Origin: Mytilus edulis
Lineage: Eukaryota
Length of the DNA: 64,000 bases
Direction: 5' to 3'
Assembly: GCF_963676685.1 (NCBI RefSeq)
Contig: NC_092344.1
Coordinates: 48,298,001 to 48,362,000 of the forward strand
Shown: piece after piece, positions 1-13,800 of the stretch
Layout of the letters: the number at the start of each line of letters is the position of its first letter
Position numbering within the stretch: the first letter of the stretch is position 1
Made by a program: the position numbers and the translations under genes
The notes under the pieces: model-generated
The model's database searches: none
Told to the model about the DNA's origin: nothing
What the model saw: only the letters and a program-made list of their open reading frames with translations

Positions 1-2389
1 TCTTGAGAGAATTATTGGTTGTTTTCATTTTATTTAAATTTGCAATGTGTAAATAAGTGCATTGTATTATTATTTTTTTTTTATATAGATTTTACATCAC
101 AATCAAACTTTTCTACTGTATTATTTATTTATATGCATGTACAATGATTTTTTTCTAATTAACAATTACATAATTCTTTAAAATTTGTTCCCTAATGTGC
201 TGAAAATCAATGTAGAGTAATGTTTGAATTTATCACATTTTGTTATATGGGAGACAACTCTGTAGCTCTAGCTCTTAATTAATGGGAGGTAATTCTGAAT
301 TGCTAAGAAAAGGAACATCAGAAGCATTATTATTTTTTGTTAGACAACAGTCATGACAGATGATTTAAAAAGTAATTTAATGCATTTTAGGAAAATCTTG
401 TATTGAAATATATATTTTCAGAGTAATTTGTCTAAGAAAGAAAGAATATAAATCAATAAAGCATATAAAGCATATGATCCTAATCTGATAAGTTAAGAAA
501 AAAACCTGTCAGTTTATTCCTTTCAATAGTAGATCTTAATTTGACCCTGAAGAAATGAGCAAAGATCTTAAAAAATATTTTGAGTCTAATCCACCAGGCT
601 TTCCAGATTTGCACATTCATTTCCCCTTCATTCTAACCTCAATAAGTATTCTAATATCACATTTATGACATCTCCTGTAAAGTTATTCTATTTCAATGAA
701 TTAAATTCCTTTGAAAGCTAACAGTTACATAGTTTGTGTAAAATACAGAAACAAAATGATTATTATTTGGTGTGTCCTAACTCCAAAGTGCTTTTCTGTA
801 TTAATCTTTATCAGGAACACTAAAAATTAAATTCATTTTTAATAAATTCAGAAACAGGAATTTCATTTTCACTATCCAATTGGACATAATTTTCTTTATT
901 TGTATTCACAGGTAAATCTCTCAAGCAAGAGAGAAAAATGAACTTGTCAGAAAATGAGAGTTATTTTATATCCTTTTATATTCTTCTTTTAACATACTAT
1001 TATATTCTGCTCAATTACAAATCAATCAATTCTTATCTTTTAGAAGTAAGTTGTTTTTACATTAAATTTCTACAAAGTTTAGTAAATTTCTAGCATACAG
1101 AAAACTATTCCCTTTTTGTATGTGACCTTTGTTTGCTTTCACCCGTCCATGTTGTTACTTTTCCTAATAAATAGATAGTAATGTTATGTCTGTTGTCTTT
1201 TTTGTATGCAAAGAAACTGAAAAAGAAATAATTTTCATAACCAATTTTTTCACTGGATGTATATTATAGAACCAAAAAACCAAGTCTTCAGTTACTTTAG
1301 GAATTGGAATAGTTTTTTTGTGATTTGAGATTGTGATTTTGTGTGCAAAAATATTCTCAAAATGAGAAGATTTCAAGTTTATAAATAGAAAGAAATGTGA
1401 GTATACTTCCAATGAGACAGCAACCAAACTATAAAAAAAGATATTGAGAGGTTTTCATATAGTTCAGCTGTTATGACTTTGTATAACTTGGGGGTATACA
1501 CTAATGAGACAATAATCAAACTGCACAAAAAAAAACATAAAAAAATTTAGAGTCTACATATGGTTTTCAACAATCAAAATGTGATTTACTATACATTGTA
1601 TGTCAAGCTTTAAATTGTCTATAGTTTTAAAAAAAACCATGGGGGAAACTTAACAGAGACTATCAATCTGCTATGAACACCCAATTTTTTATTGCCAAAA
1701 AAACATTTACCGTAGATATATCAAAAGCCAACATTTGGTACAGGAAAAAAGAATTTATCTTGATGATTAGACTTTAAAATAAATAGTATATGCAACTAAA
1801 TCAATACAGGAAAAACACTTAACTCTATTATAACTGCAACAAAGATAACAAAATTTAAGCTCAAAATAAACAATATAAACAATTTCTTATCAAAAAATGT
1901 TGGCAGTTACTTAGAGCAGGCTTAATTAAGTGCTCAACTGGATTATATAAAATCCTATCATACTACACTCTAAGTGGCTTTTTTCAAAATGACAGTCATT
2001 TAATGGTCCATATATCAATCATACTGTGATGCAATTTATTTGATTTGTCTAGAAATATAATATATCTACAGAAGATTTAAAAAGGTTTGTTTTAATTCAC
2101 TCCAAAATTCAAAGGTCACAATCATAAACTGTCTCAGTCATAGGATTCAATGATTTATTTGTCATTTATAGAAATAATGACAGACTATTGAGTTTATAAA
2201 ATTTATTCAAATAAGTGAAAAAATTTATAGCTATGTTATAGGATGATACTGTTCCACATATGACTTACATTTGAAATTTGGTTAAAGACTTTTAAAGAAT
2301 ATACATGAATGTACTGATATAAAAGTTCAGAGAACCCTTGTTTATGCAGGGTTCAATTAAAAATTAAACAATTAGATTTTGAGTTCAAA

Positions 2390-2560
2390 ACCAGCACATT
2401 GCAGGTGAATTTGACTTCAATCTCAATTCACAAGAATGACAGTTTTCCTACAAAATTTGTTGGTTATCTCCTATCACACAGGCCGCTTTCCTCCACCAAT
2501 AAAAACTGGATGCTACAAATCAGCAAGTGACCTTAAACACCAAAGATTAATTAACCAATC
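2390..2560 (+). mobile_element. degenerate SINE-like repeat
   Basis: B-box-like gagttcaaaacc, a central ttcctccaccaataaaaactg motif and an AT-rich (aatc)-like tail, resembling mollusc tRNA-derived SINEs; recognised by eye only. Confidence 0.35.
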
Positions 2561-2837
2561 TGCTTCCTTTTAAGACTTATATGAAAATACTTTAAAATAT
2601 AGTAGTGAGAAAGTCATTTGCTATCTAAAACAGCCCTTGAATTCACTTTTGTTTTAATATAACAACCTTCACGTTACATTGTCATGAAATATTAATGTTA
2701 TCCTGATAGTATACAAAGGATAACCGCTGAATTTAGTACCTTTCTATACGATTGTATTGGCTAGTGTAAACAGTATACGTTTTGGAATAGGGCAGCTGTG
2801 GGTCCAGGATTTCATCATGAATGGGCAGCAAACATAA

Positions 2838-2945
2838 TAGAATCAAATTCAAAACAGTGTAGCCACGACCATTGATTGACGACCTAAATTCTCCCATTGA
2901 CTGGGACAGATTAGGTAAATGTTAGTTTGTAACGTCCACTGCTAA
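2838..2945. mobile_element. solo arm of the palindromic MITE at 27360-27780
   Basis: tagaatcaaattcaaaacagtgtagcc...cattgactgggaca aligns with 27360-27470. Confidence 0.7.
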
Positions 2946-4099
2946 TACCAATCTTCTCCCCCTAAATCCTGTTAGATCTCGATATTGTATTTGTAATTGT
3001 TTACAGCAAATATTAACTTTTTTCTATTCTTATACCCCGTAACCAAACATAATGTGTCGCCTGCTGGTATCTCTCAGTTTTAAGGGAATTCATCAATTCT
3101 TATACAGCCTCTTTTTTCAATATCCATAGGATATGTGATAGAATATAAAAACAAACAAAATGATTTTTTACTGCAAACAATTTATGACAAATACTATTAC
3201 TGATATGATGTTCTGTAAAACAATTAAAGCCTGGCCAATTGATTTAACTGTTATAGGTTGTTATAATTTCCCTCTATTTGACAAAATGAGCAACTCTTTA
3301 GCGACAGTTGCTGTGAAAAATGAGATGAAAATTCATCCTGTAAATTGATCTGTTTTCAATACTGTTTCTAGATGGTACATCAAAAACGATGATATCTGTA
3401 TAATTTTGCAATTTGATCTCAATAAAAATGAGCATTGCGTTTAATTATTTATTATAATATCTTGTGTGACATGCTTTTCACTATGTCTGATGCCAGGTAA
3501 CGATTGTCGTCTGCTCGATATGTTTTAGATAACTCATTGAATTTGTACTTTATAAAACAGTTTACAATACTTTCGCAACTTTTGGCTAAAAAGAATTGAA
3601 ATTCTGCCGGTCAATTGACTCAGTGTTGCTTTCCTGTCTTTTTCTTTAGGTTTTCAGTAGTCCTTCAATGATCTGAAGATTATTTACTGTTTGCGCAGCC
3701 TGATGGCTGTATGCAATATTTTAAACAGTAAATCCACAAATCGAACGCGATAAAAAAAATTTCGAGATAATCACAGCTCTTGTCCGAGTATACTATTTGT
3801 AATAATTTTATAGTTAATATGATTGCATGGATGTATATTAAAGACTATGCATGGACTTACTTTTGGTGCGAATTAAATATTTTTTACGTAGCAAGTAGTT
3901 TTAGACTATGTTATTCGATACTTTCCCAGGAGTTGGAACATATCATCGCCCGCCCTTATCAGTTGGTCTATTTCTGTAGTCCCAAAGTGTACCTTCCTTT
4001 GATGGTAAGGTCTACGATTTTTATCGTGCATGTTAATGAATTTTCCACGAATATTTGGTAAAATCTACATAAATAAAGGTAAATTTTACATGTCATTTC

Positions 4100-4250
4100 G
4101 ATGCCGTCTATAGCTGACAATGCGGTATGGGCTTTGCTCATTGTTGAAGGCCATACGGTGACCTATAGTTGTTAATTTCTGAGTCATTTGGTCTCTTGTG
4201 CATGTAGAGCTGTCTCGATCATTGGCAATCATACCACATCTTCTTTTTTA
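4100..4250 (+). repeat. dispersed retro-type repeat 3' module (other copies ~4395-4525 -, 28480-28610 +, 55255-55370 -, 57045-57185 -, 60960-61075 +)
   Basis: shared sequence tatagctgac..gcggtatgggctttgctcattgttgaaggcc..cggtgacctatagttg...ttggcaatcataccacatcttc in both orientations. Confidence 0.8.
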
Positions 4251-4704
4251 TATAAACAATTAAAACATTAAACAGTTTGGTTGTGTACCTTATTGGTATA
4301 TAGCTTTCATTGCAATCATACCTTTCTTTGGTTGCTAAAACTTGTGGTTTGGATCATTATTAATGAATAATATCCAGAAAAAAAAAACGGTATAGGAAGA
4401 TGTGGTATGAGTGCCAACGAGACAATTCTCCATCCAAGTCACAAAGTAATTCATTATTGGTCAAGGTACAGTCTTTAACACGGAGCATTGGCTCACACCC
4501 AACAGCAAGCTATAAAGGGCCCCAAAAAATTAAAAGATTGCATTTAAGATTGGGACGAAGAACATAAAAGAATATCAATGAATATACTGTTCATTTGACC
4601 GATATTAACATCTTGTTTAATGTACTTTTATTTTGTCATAAAAAGTTTGTTGATTCTCCTTTTTTCCTTTGTCAAAATAAAAATAACGTACAAAGGTATA
4701 AGAC

Positions 4705-4895
4705 AACCTTCCTGGAGCACCTGTGATCACCCACAGTTTTTGGTGGGGTTCGTGTTGCTTAGTCATTAGTTTTGTCTTGTGTACTATTATTTGTTTGTTT
4801 GTATTTTTCTTTTTAAACCTTGGCGTTGTGAGTTTATTTTCAAACCAGAACCAAGAGTTTGAATGTCCCTCTGGTATCTTTTGCCCCTCTTTTAT
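4705..4895 (+). repeat. dispersed repeat 3' module (fuller copies 47805-48098, 61730-62143)
   Basis: ggagcacctg..atcaccc..agtttttggtggggttcgtgttg...ccctctggtatcttt shared between copies. Confidence 0.8.
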
Positions 4896-6189
4896 AGTGC
4901 CAAAAAAGGTAAGGGAACAACACGACAGGCCGTAATTTGTTGTTGATGAAAATACATCGTCCTTCTACTATATAGTAAACCTATATATTAAATGAGACAT
5001 GGAAATTGAAAGATATAGAAAGAACATAGTTCATATTTAAAGGTTTATTTTGTCAATAAAATATATCACAGATATTAAAAGTTTGATGTAATAAAATTTG
5101 ACATCATTAACAAAAATCTATGCTAAAACAATTGGTCAACAAAAAGACGAACTATCACAAAGTCAATCAAATTGTAATTCTTCTTTAGTTCTATTTGATT
5201 TACCAAGTGGGAGAATTTCAGATAATAAAAATAAACGGCTCTGTTAACTTGTTAAGGACCCATTTACGGCAAGAACTTTTTTCAGCATCGTTTTTTAAAC
5301 AACTTAATTTCTTTCTGTCTTTACAGGTCAGTCGGTAAAAATGAAAAGGCTGAACTAGAATATTCTTTGATTCTTCATTAAATAAGCTTTAATTTCAATA
5401 ATATTTACATGCGTTTCCTATAACCTTTTTTTAAACCACAAATATTTAAAAAGATAGTTTTCACTAATTAAGTTCATTCCAACATCTAGAGAAAATGAAA
5501 AAAAAAACATTATTAATTTTAAAGTCCAGTTGATATCCAATTTGAATTTAATTTGATAAAAAATAAATGGAGTTTCCGTAAATTAAATGTATTGTAATAA
5601 TTTTTTTTACAAAAATACGACGATTTGTTTTTTTTACACAAGTTCTTGATGAAATAATTCTTTGAAAATCTATAACCATTCTTTAAAAATCTCAAGCTGT
5701 ATGTGGCACGAAACTCAAACACAAAGTACGAAACTCACAAAAAATGATGAAAAGTCGCTTAAATTGCCACTTTTCCAAATTCTCTAACATCTAGTGAAAG
5801 CTACACATTTAAATGAAATAAATACAATAGATTACAAAATGTATTTCTAACAATTATATTGCAAAGAAGAAGGAATAATACTGTTTTCAAATAGATTACT
5901 ATGATTATTATTGCCTTTGCTAAACAATAATCAAAAATATATAATATTAATAAAAAAAAATATTTTCACAAACAAATGATTTATTGAGCAAACAAAACAA
6001 CCTCCACAAATAAACCGTGGATTAGGTGAACATTCATGCATGCATACATAGAGACGAAGTTTTTACACCAAAAGTCCAAAGTTCCGTGTTACATTGTATA
6101 TGTTTTATTATAGAAACTGAATATGTTTTGGTGTTTTAACCTATAACACAATAAAAAGGTTGATTCAGAAACACATAAGAAAAATATAA

Positions 6190-6432
6190 TACTCAAAGTA
6201 TTCAACAATGGTAATGCATTTTTGTTAAAAACTTTTCATTGAGGGTAACATGCATTATTCTTCGAAGTATTCCACGAGGGTAACATGCATTAATACTCAA
6301 AGAATTCCAAGAGGTTAACATGCACTTTTACTCAAAGTATTCCAAGAGTGAACATGCATTTTTACTCAAACCGTCTTCCAAGAGGGTAACACGCATTTTA
6401 CTCAAAGTAATCTAAGAGAGTAACATGCATTT
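6190..6432. repeat. ~35-bp minisatellite, ~7 degenerate copies
   Basis: unit actcaaagtattccaagagggtaacatgcattttt recurring near 6191, 6260, 6295, 6330, 6364, 6399. Confidence 0.85.
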
Positions 6433-7021
6433 GTTTTATATCTGTGTATCCAAATACGGGAAACGTCACATTTTAATACTGTTTGTTATTACTGTTTTTA
6501 ATTTCTTATTTGTGAGACTTTCTAGAAACCTTTCATAATTTTTCATCATTAATTAGTACTGTATTTTGATAAATATCTATAACAATAATTTCATAAATAA
6601 TAATATTTTCTCATACCCTACGATGATCTATAATTCACAATTCAGCTACGTGTTTCAAAATATAAGCACATTTTTGACAGCACCATCTCAGCAATAAAAA
6701 TATTTGAAATTACAGAAAAGATCAGAAAGTACCTAGATACTCTCTTATCAAAATTTCAAAAAAGAAGAGAAAATTTCAGTTATAACTTATTTTTTTATCT
6801 TTGTACAAACTGATTTGTTGCACCCCAATCCATGTTGAATCTATATTTGTCTCCTGCATAAATTATACAAAAGCTATACATATTACAGTATATATAAATT
6901 ATACGGGGACAAATATTTTTAAACAGAAGGGAGGTGTAAGATAGAGAATGTCTCTTTATTGGCAATTTAAGTCATACTTGTCACATATCATAACAGAACA
7001 ATCAAAGAAAGTTATGAGAAA

Positions 7022-7132
7022 TTATTTTAGAGAACAACTCCAGTTAATAGGATTGTAGCGTAGTTTCTCTCTGTCTATCCTGTCTTCTAAGAATTTGTTT
7101 TGCTTTCTCGTTTCCCAATGATCTTCCATAAA
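7022..7132 (-). CDS. exon 3 (last coding exon) of uncharacterised ~212-aa protein; FMEDHWETRKQNKFLEDRIDREKLRYNPINWSCSLK*
   Basis: ttttcttttcag acceptor, phase 0 matching the exon 2 donor, TAA at 7024-7022, AATAAA ~60 nt downstream. Confidence 0.85.
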   Translation of the reverse strand, partial: FMEDHWETRKQNKFLEDRIDREKLRYNPINWSCSLK

Positions 7133-7913
7133 CTGAAAAGAAAATAAACAAAACACATTTATAATTACTGATACAAAAACATTTAGTTAATTAAATCTTT
7201 ATGCTTATGCAATCGGTATGATAACATAAAACTAGTCTATTTTATTTTTAAAATTGCAAAATAAATATCACGCATATTGCAATGCTCAAAGTATGATCGG
7301 TCCTTATAGTGATGAATTGGAACATGTGGCTTGTGGTTATTTGGTCGCATTGTATGCCACTCTAGATACTAAAGACTAAAAAACGTTAGAAAAATAGCAT
7401 AGCCATCAAATGTTCATCATGTTTATAGTCTTAAATGTTTGATTACTTGCCAATCACATTTCAACTTATGCATACGAAAAGCTAATCATATTTTCAACTA
7501 TTGCATGTAAAAAGCCCTGTGGTATATATCTGTATAGTGTCATTGGCATATATACATGTACCCTTCACCTCGTGTAATTCATATCCATGACACGCTTACT
7601 ATGCACATTATGCAGAAAACAATATCATCATGCAGACCAAGATGAAAAATGATACGAATAATATCTTTAATAACGTTACTTGTATATATATTTTTTTGAA
7701 TTATTAAGATAAAATCAAGAACGGAATAGAAATAAAGTTCCTTTAATCGATAATAACAAATATACTTATTTGGAAGATTTATAAATATAAGATTTGAAGG
7801 CTATATATCTGCTCTGTATGCAAAATGTAATTGATCTTCAATTGCTTTGTTTTTGAATGAATAAAAAAACCAGCAGTAAACACAACTTCTCTCTTCTTTC
7901 TATAAATACATAC

Positions 7914-8103
7914 CGTTTTATTTTGATTCCTGTATTGTTGTAAATACATGTGTTTGTTGATATATTTGTCTACGTCCTCTTTTCTACACTTGTTATCGTA
8001 AGCTATAGACATAGCACTCTCCTGTGTTTTCTCTCTGTTAAATTTATTTTTTTGAAAGTCTTTATCTTGCATTTGCTGTTTCAGTGTTTCTCTAAAATGC
8101 TTC
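7914..8103 (-). CDS. exon 2 of uncharacterised ~212-aa protein (KHFRETLKQQMQDKDF...YRNQNKT)
   Basis: ttttctttcttcag acceptor and gtatgt donor; 190 nt, phase 2 to phase 0, consistent with the flanking exons. Confidence 0.85.
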
Positions 8104-8281
8104 CTGAAGAAAGAAAACAATTATCACATTATGATGTTTTAATAGAATCGAATTTTATAGAAAAATAAATATTTTTTTTAACCATTTTATTCTGTTTTTC
8201 TTTGACTTATAGTTTTTAATTGCTCTCTTTGTACAAACTAGCTCTGACACATCAAACACATACTAGATTTTAAGAACAGAT

Positions 8282-8566
8282 TCAATCAAACTCGGAATTT
8301 ATAGTAAATATGATGTCCAATGCAGTGGCAAATATTTCAAGCATATGCCAGAAGGACGCTAATAGAAATGCATGTTCATAAAGATTGGAATATGCTCTAC
8401 AAAAATGATTGACCTGGATTAAGGGCATATCATTTGGTGTGTTGATAGAAACAGATATTGGGTCTCTCAACAAGCCACCTACGGGCATATCAAAGAGTTG
8501 TTCAAACATTTTTATAACTTGCAAAGAATGTACACCTAGTACGGTTGTTCGATTTGACAGTCTCAT
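8282..8566 (-). mobile_element. possible highly decayed CR1-like LINE 3' fragment
   Basis: LQVIKMFEQL...CRAYSNLYEHAFL..W weakly resembles the C-terminal segment of CR1-type ORF2. Confidence 0.25.
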
Positions 8567-10577
8567 TTACAAACGGACTTGCGGCGGATATTAACACATC
8601 CTAAGCAACAAAACTGACGCCCCCTTCAGAACAAGTCATTCTGCCGGTACATTAGAATCTAAGTCAAATAAAATAAGATATATATAGAGAGAGATTTGTA
8701 AATATATGAAATAGGGCAAGTGTTTCAATTGGAATAAACTGTTTTATTCTGTTTTGGTCCTTTGCTGGGATGCGGTACGGAACGTTTGTCCTTGAAATTC
8801 CTTGCTACTGTACTATTCTATATTTTTATTTATTAAAACACAAAATATGTTGTATTATTTTTTTGTCGAGTGCATATACATCATTTAATAAAATGGCTGA
8901 ATGTTTGCATTTAAAATCAGCTTCATTGAATTAGAAATTGTCGATTTTCATTCAATTCTGCAGTCATTTAATCCTTTATACTGTCTAAACCGGAACTTGA
9001 TACTAATATACAAGCTTCCAATGTTTTTCGATTGATCAGATATCGTTTCCTGCTCAAATCTCTAATGAATCGATTTTAAACTAATATGCATTGTAACATT
9101 ATTATGTATTAGAATATTTTCAAGTCTGGTGATATAATCCGGTGAACTTCTTTAGAAATTTAAGGATAATGACAAGTGCCAAGTAAACAAGTGCAATCTT
9201 AATTCTCAATGATTAAATCAGAGTTTAAAAAAATATGGCATTGTGTTGAATACGCAATGCGATAAAAGGGAAAACATATCTAATATATTCTTTTATTTAT
9301 ATTTAATTGTTGATTAGTTACCAATACTATAGTCTGGGTTCCTGTCGGAAGAACAAAACACAATGTAAGCTCTCGTCTGCTAAACATTGGTGCATTCCAA
9401 TATTTTGATTTTCTAAATTTGTTTGAGGTTAAACGGCTTTACAAATTAATCACAGACCTTATTACCAAAATTACACTTTAAGTTACATAAACATATGTAT
9501 AGATCTAACATGTTATTTCACAGATCACCATATTTGGGTTTAAATAATAAGAATCAGATTTGAAATCTTAAAGATAAGAGACAGATTTAAATTACATGTC
9601 ACATTGCACAATAGCAATTGTCCTTTATTCAAATTACAAGATTTACTATACTGATGACACCATTTAAAATCGACACTAGCTGTTTTGACGGCATTCAGTT
9701 ACCGTAATATAATTATTTGAACACTTTGTATTTCAGTTATAATTAAACAAGTTGGTCACAGTGTAATTCTGTGGAATTTTAACCATTTTTTTTGTTTATG
9801 TGTGTTTGTCCGTGTGTATGATGTGTTTGTGTGTGTGAAGATTATCTAATTTAATATTCACTTTTTCGTCTAAGCGTTTTCTAAAATATATCGTTGCTCG
9901 GTGTTATACACGAATAACAATAAGTCAAGTCTATTGTGCATGTGGAGTCATGTCTGAAACCAAACATGTCACCGAGAACAATAACAATTCCAAAACTGAA
10001 GGATAAAAAAAAGCTCGTAGCCACGGCAGTTGAACGTCGCCTTGTGAATGTTTGGAGAACATTGCCTCTAAAGTTTGGAACATGTACAATATCAGTGTTT
10101 GCCTTCGAAATCTCCCATTTACTTAGTATGTTTTTGCTTTCTTGAATATACTAAGATATTTCAGTTTTCAATAAGGTATACCGATCACCAAATGATAAGA
10201 CATGATAGCTATAGCATTACAACTCAATATGTATGAGAGCTTAGCTATAAATCTATTCTTTGGCGTTTACCACAGTCACATGCAGTTGTCTGTGATTGCA
10301 TTATATTGTGTGATATAGGATAGAGAGATAACCCTTAATAAAAATTTACTCTTCCTGTATTATATGTCCTTGTAGCTTTTGTCGTCAATACAAAAGGGGG
10401 TCAACGAAGAGTCCTTTAGCTATATTTTTGAGACATTATGGAATTAAAAATAATATTCCTTGGTTGATATTTTTTTAATTTGCTGAAGTCCGCTTTAGCG
10501 TAGTTATATTTTCAATTTTGGTCAATGAATTACTTTTAAGCACTATACTTCTGATTTGTTATGATGACGTGACCTTA

Positions 10578-10895
10578 GGGAGCTACCATTTGATTTTTAT
10601 GGGGGGGGGGGGGGAGAGGGGGGGGGGGGGCTAGGATGAAATTTGAAAAAAATAGGCAGGACAGGAGTTTTGAGTAAAAAAAAGGCAGGATGAGACACTT
10701 GCACAAAAAAAAGTCAGGACGACAATTTAGGTAAAAAAAAATCAGGATAAACTAAAAATAAAAAAGGCAGGACCGAACAGAGTGAAAAATAAAAAGGCAG
10801 AACCGAGATTACAGCTAAAAAAAATGCATGACAAAATTTTTCATCCTAGTCCCCCCCCCCCCCCCCCCCCCAATAAAAATCAAATGGCAGCTCCC
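10578..10895. mobile_element. PIF/Harbinger-type MITE with poly-G/poly-C arms
   Basis: TIR gggagctaccatttgatttttat(G)n ctaggatgaaa / tttcatcctag(C)n ataaaaatcaaatggcagctccc; TTA target duplication at 10575-10577 and 10896-10898; internal aaaaaggcaggac repeats. Confidence 0.85.
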
Positions 10896-13800
10896 TTAGT
10901 ATGTGACAAAATTAACACTCCAAACATTACCAACATATAAACGAATTAAATTGGATTAAGTTACTCAAGAATTTAAGACAACTTGGTTACCAACACACAA
11001 CAAACTTTTCAAAGAAAAGATTAAGTCAATCGTGAAAGAAAGTAATTCAATTTTCAATTTAAGCTAGCTTCACCATATACCTCACACTTCTTGGTATATT
11101 AATCTTTTTAAAAAGAACCCAGGCATGACTACTTTTCAAAATGAAGGTTATATAGATCATAAAGAATGCTTTTTAGATATGAAATCATTTGTGAAAATGT
11201 TTACATTTTATGGGATGATTTCTTTGAAGAAGATAGTTGAAAAGTCTATACCCATTTCACAATCACTAACCTTTTAAGAAATCGTGTTAAAAAATGAAAA
11301 TGTGGTGAAAGATAAAAGCTTTATGAAATATTTACGATGTATTCAATTAAGAAGTATATTTATATATATATAGATCCGAATATTCATGAACTTCTAAACA
11401 AATTTTGAGAATAATAGAGACGAATCGGTGATTTCTGCAACTTTTACAGCAATTCAAAGACTAGAGTCACTAGAGAAGACTGAAGTATATAAATACGTAA
11501 TATACCTTGACTTCTCCTATCCAACAATATAACCTTAAAAGAATGGGTGTTTATTTGGCTCCGTGGCATGTTTAAAAACACAACCACGTTTGTTTGGAAT
11601 GGGGACGGTAAATGTCATCCCTTGTTATTGGAGTGCCTCCCTCTTAGTATGTTAAAGAATTTTGCATCTAGTTTCGCGAGTCCTTCGGTTGCCTGTTGCG
11701 TTGCAACATTTATCCTACTGTCAAGCACAACTTAAATTTTCCATCGGCATTAAAATTCCCGCCATTCACCACAATCTGTCCTCTTGAAATTGACAGAATA
11801 TAAACTTGGATGTATTGTCCTGAATATGCATATAAAATGTGCCACTGACTGGTGATATTACGATATAAGAAAAAACGGAGCGGTGGCAGTTTTATGGAAC
11901 ATACATGTGCATAAGAAGCGAATATTTTTCAATCCGTCTTGTAATCTATTTTCAAAAGAAAATTTTATCTACTTTGAAAACTTTTTCCTACATATTTATT
12001 TTTCTGTACATGTTTATTTGAACTAGTTATACAAGTCTATGTGAACCTGAAGATTCGGGTTAAAAATAGTTTTTTTCCCCACGTAACAGTTCGTTCGATT
12101 TGATAAAAAAGCAAACATATAAAATAATTGATTACAAAAATTACAGCATAACCAACTTATCTTATATAATTCTTATAATCTCAAATTGACTTTTGTTAAA
12201 ATTGTTTGATAAATAAACATTTATTTATTTCAATATTTGTAACACCGCCTTTTTATTGGTATGTATTGATAAGTCATGGTTTAATGCAAGATTTATATTT
12301 TCTTCAAACATTCTATCACGAAATGTTGTGATAATATTTAAATGTTATCTTGACGTTTTGATTTTACAGAAATATAAATGTCTATGTAACTAAAATTTAC
12401 CCTGTTGACATAAAGTAATTTATAGATACACGAACATTTATTATAATTTATTGCAGTGTTTAAATAATCATTTATTTGTGTTTTTATAATGGAAGTTTTT
12501 TTTCTCACAAACTTCACTTTAATTTTGGTTTTTGAAATTTGTCATGTCCTTTTATCTTAATAAATACATTTGTAATATCGGCCACTGCACTCACAGAAAC
12601 CAACAACAATACGGTTAGCGAATTAAAAAGATACACACAAAATATAAAATTTTATATAAACTTTCTTGTTACTTTTTTGTTAAAACCGTATTCAATAATG
12701 AAAAATTACAACGATAAAGTACTAAAATATTACATGAAATTAAAATATGGGATTCGGAAACAAGTTTAGAAAAACTTTAATAAATTCGTCTACCAATTTT
12801 GTTACTTTTAAAGTGTACTAAAGTCCTAGTTTAACTTATTATGATTGTATCTCTTACTTAGAAAATTGCGAGGTTAAACAGAAATATACAGACTATAAAA
12901 AACCCTTTCATGGACATAGAAAACTTTCATGAATAATAATGATCTATATTTTCCCTATGCATAAACAGATATATAGAAGAACCAATTGACACATAATCTT
13001 ATGAAATTAAAAACACCATTCATCTTTATAAAATATGACGATCAGATAAAAAAAACTTTCAAAATAAAAGGGACTATCTATTATAATAAGTAATTATAAT
13101 GAACTTGAACTGTTTTTCAAATTCTTCCAATAAAATTGTAATTATAAGGTGATAGTCGCTAAATATATCATGTATATATGTCTCTACATGTATTTGTTTG
13201 TGAGAGGTGGCGTAAATAACTAGATTTCCCCAAGTTACTAGCTTGTCATTTAAAATTTAACCAGATCTATTAACTTCAAGGGGGTATACATTAAAATTAA
13301 AGTATCGCATGTTTTAATAGATACATAAGTCTTTGATCGATATAATTTACGATTATATCGACATGAAAAATTAAGATGTACTGCCATAAATATAGGTCCT
13401 CAATTCAACAGTTGCGTATATTTAATTTGCACTGACTGACTCTATGCATGGTGGAGCATCCCTACTGATGGTTGTCTCCACAGCTTGAGTTCGAATATGA
13501 GTTCGAATTTTGCTACGAAAACTATACAAATTTGCAAGTGCAATAACTAAGATAGATATTTTTGTTTTCTTCAGATTTATAAAGTTTTAGGTACATATGG
13601 CTAGCAAATAGTCAGAACTCTAGATCTATTTGTAAAATGCTCAATGGCAGTGAAAAAACTGCTGTTAAATTATTTTTCCCTTCCAAAACCCTCTTCAATG
13701 TTTAGCATGTTCTCAGCGCGTGCGTTCGGGTAAACATGTAGTAACAATGAAACAAAACCAAACAAAAAAACGTCAGGTTTAACGTTATTGTAAATTTTAT

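Noticed and set aside
1-6000. Short ORFs of 60-95 aa (and similar ones throughout the window)
   Set aside because: Low-complexity AT-rich translations or repeat-derived; no motifs or splice support
9880-10150. ~90-codon open stretch on the minus strand with a hydrophobic segment inside intron 1
   Set aside because: No start codon, no convincing splice pair, no recognisable motif
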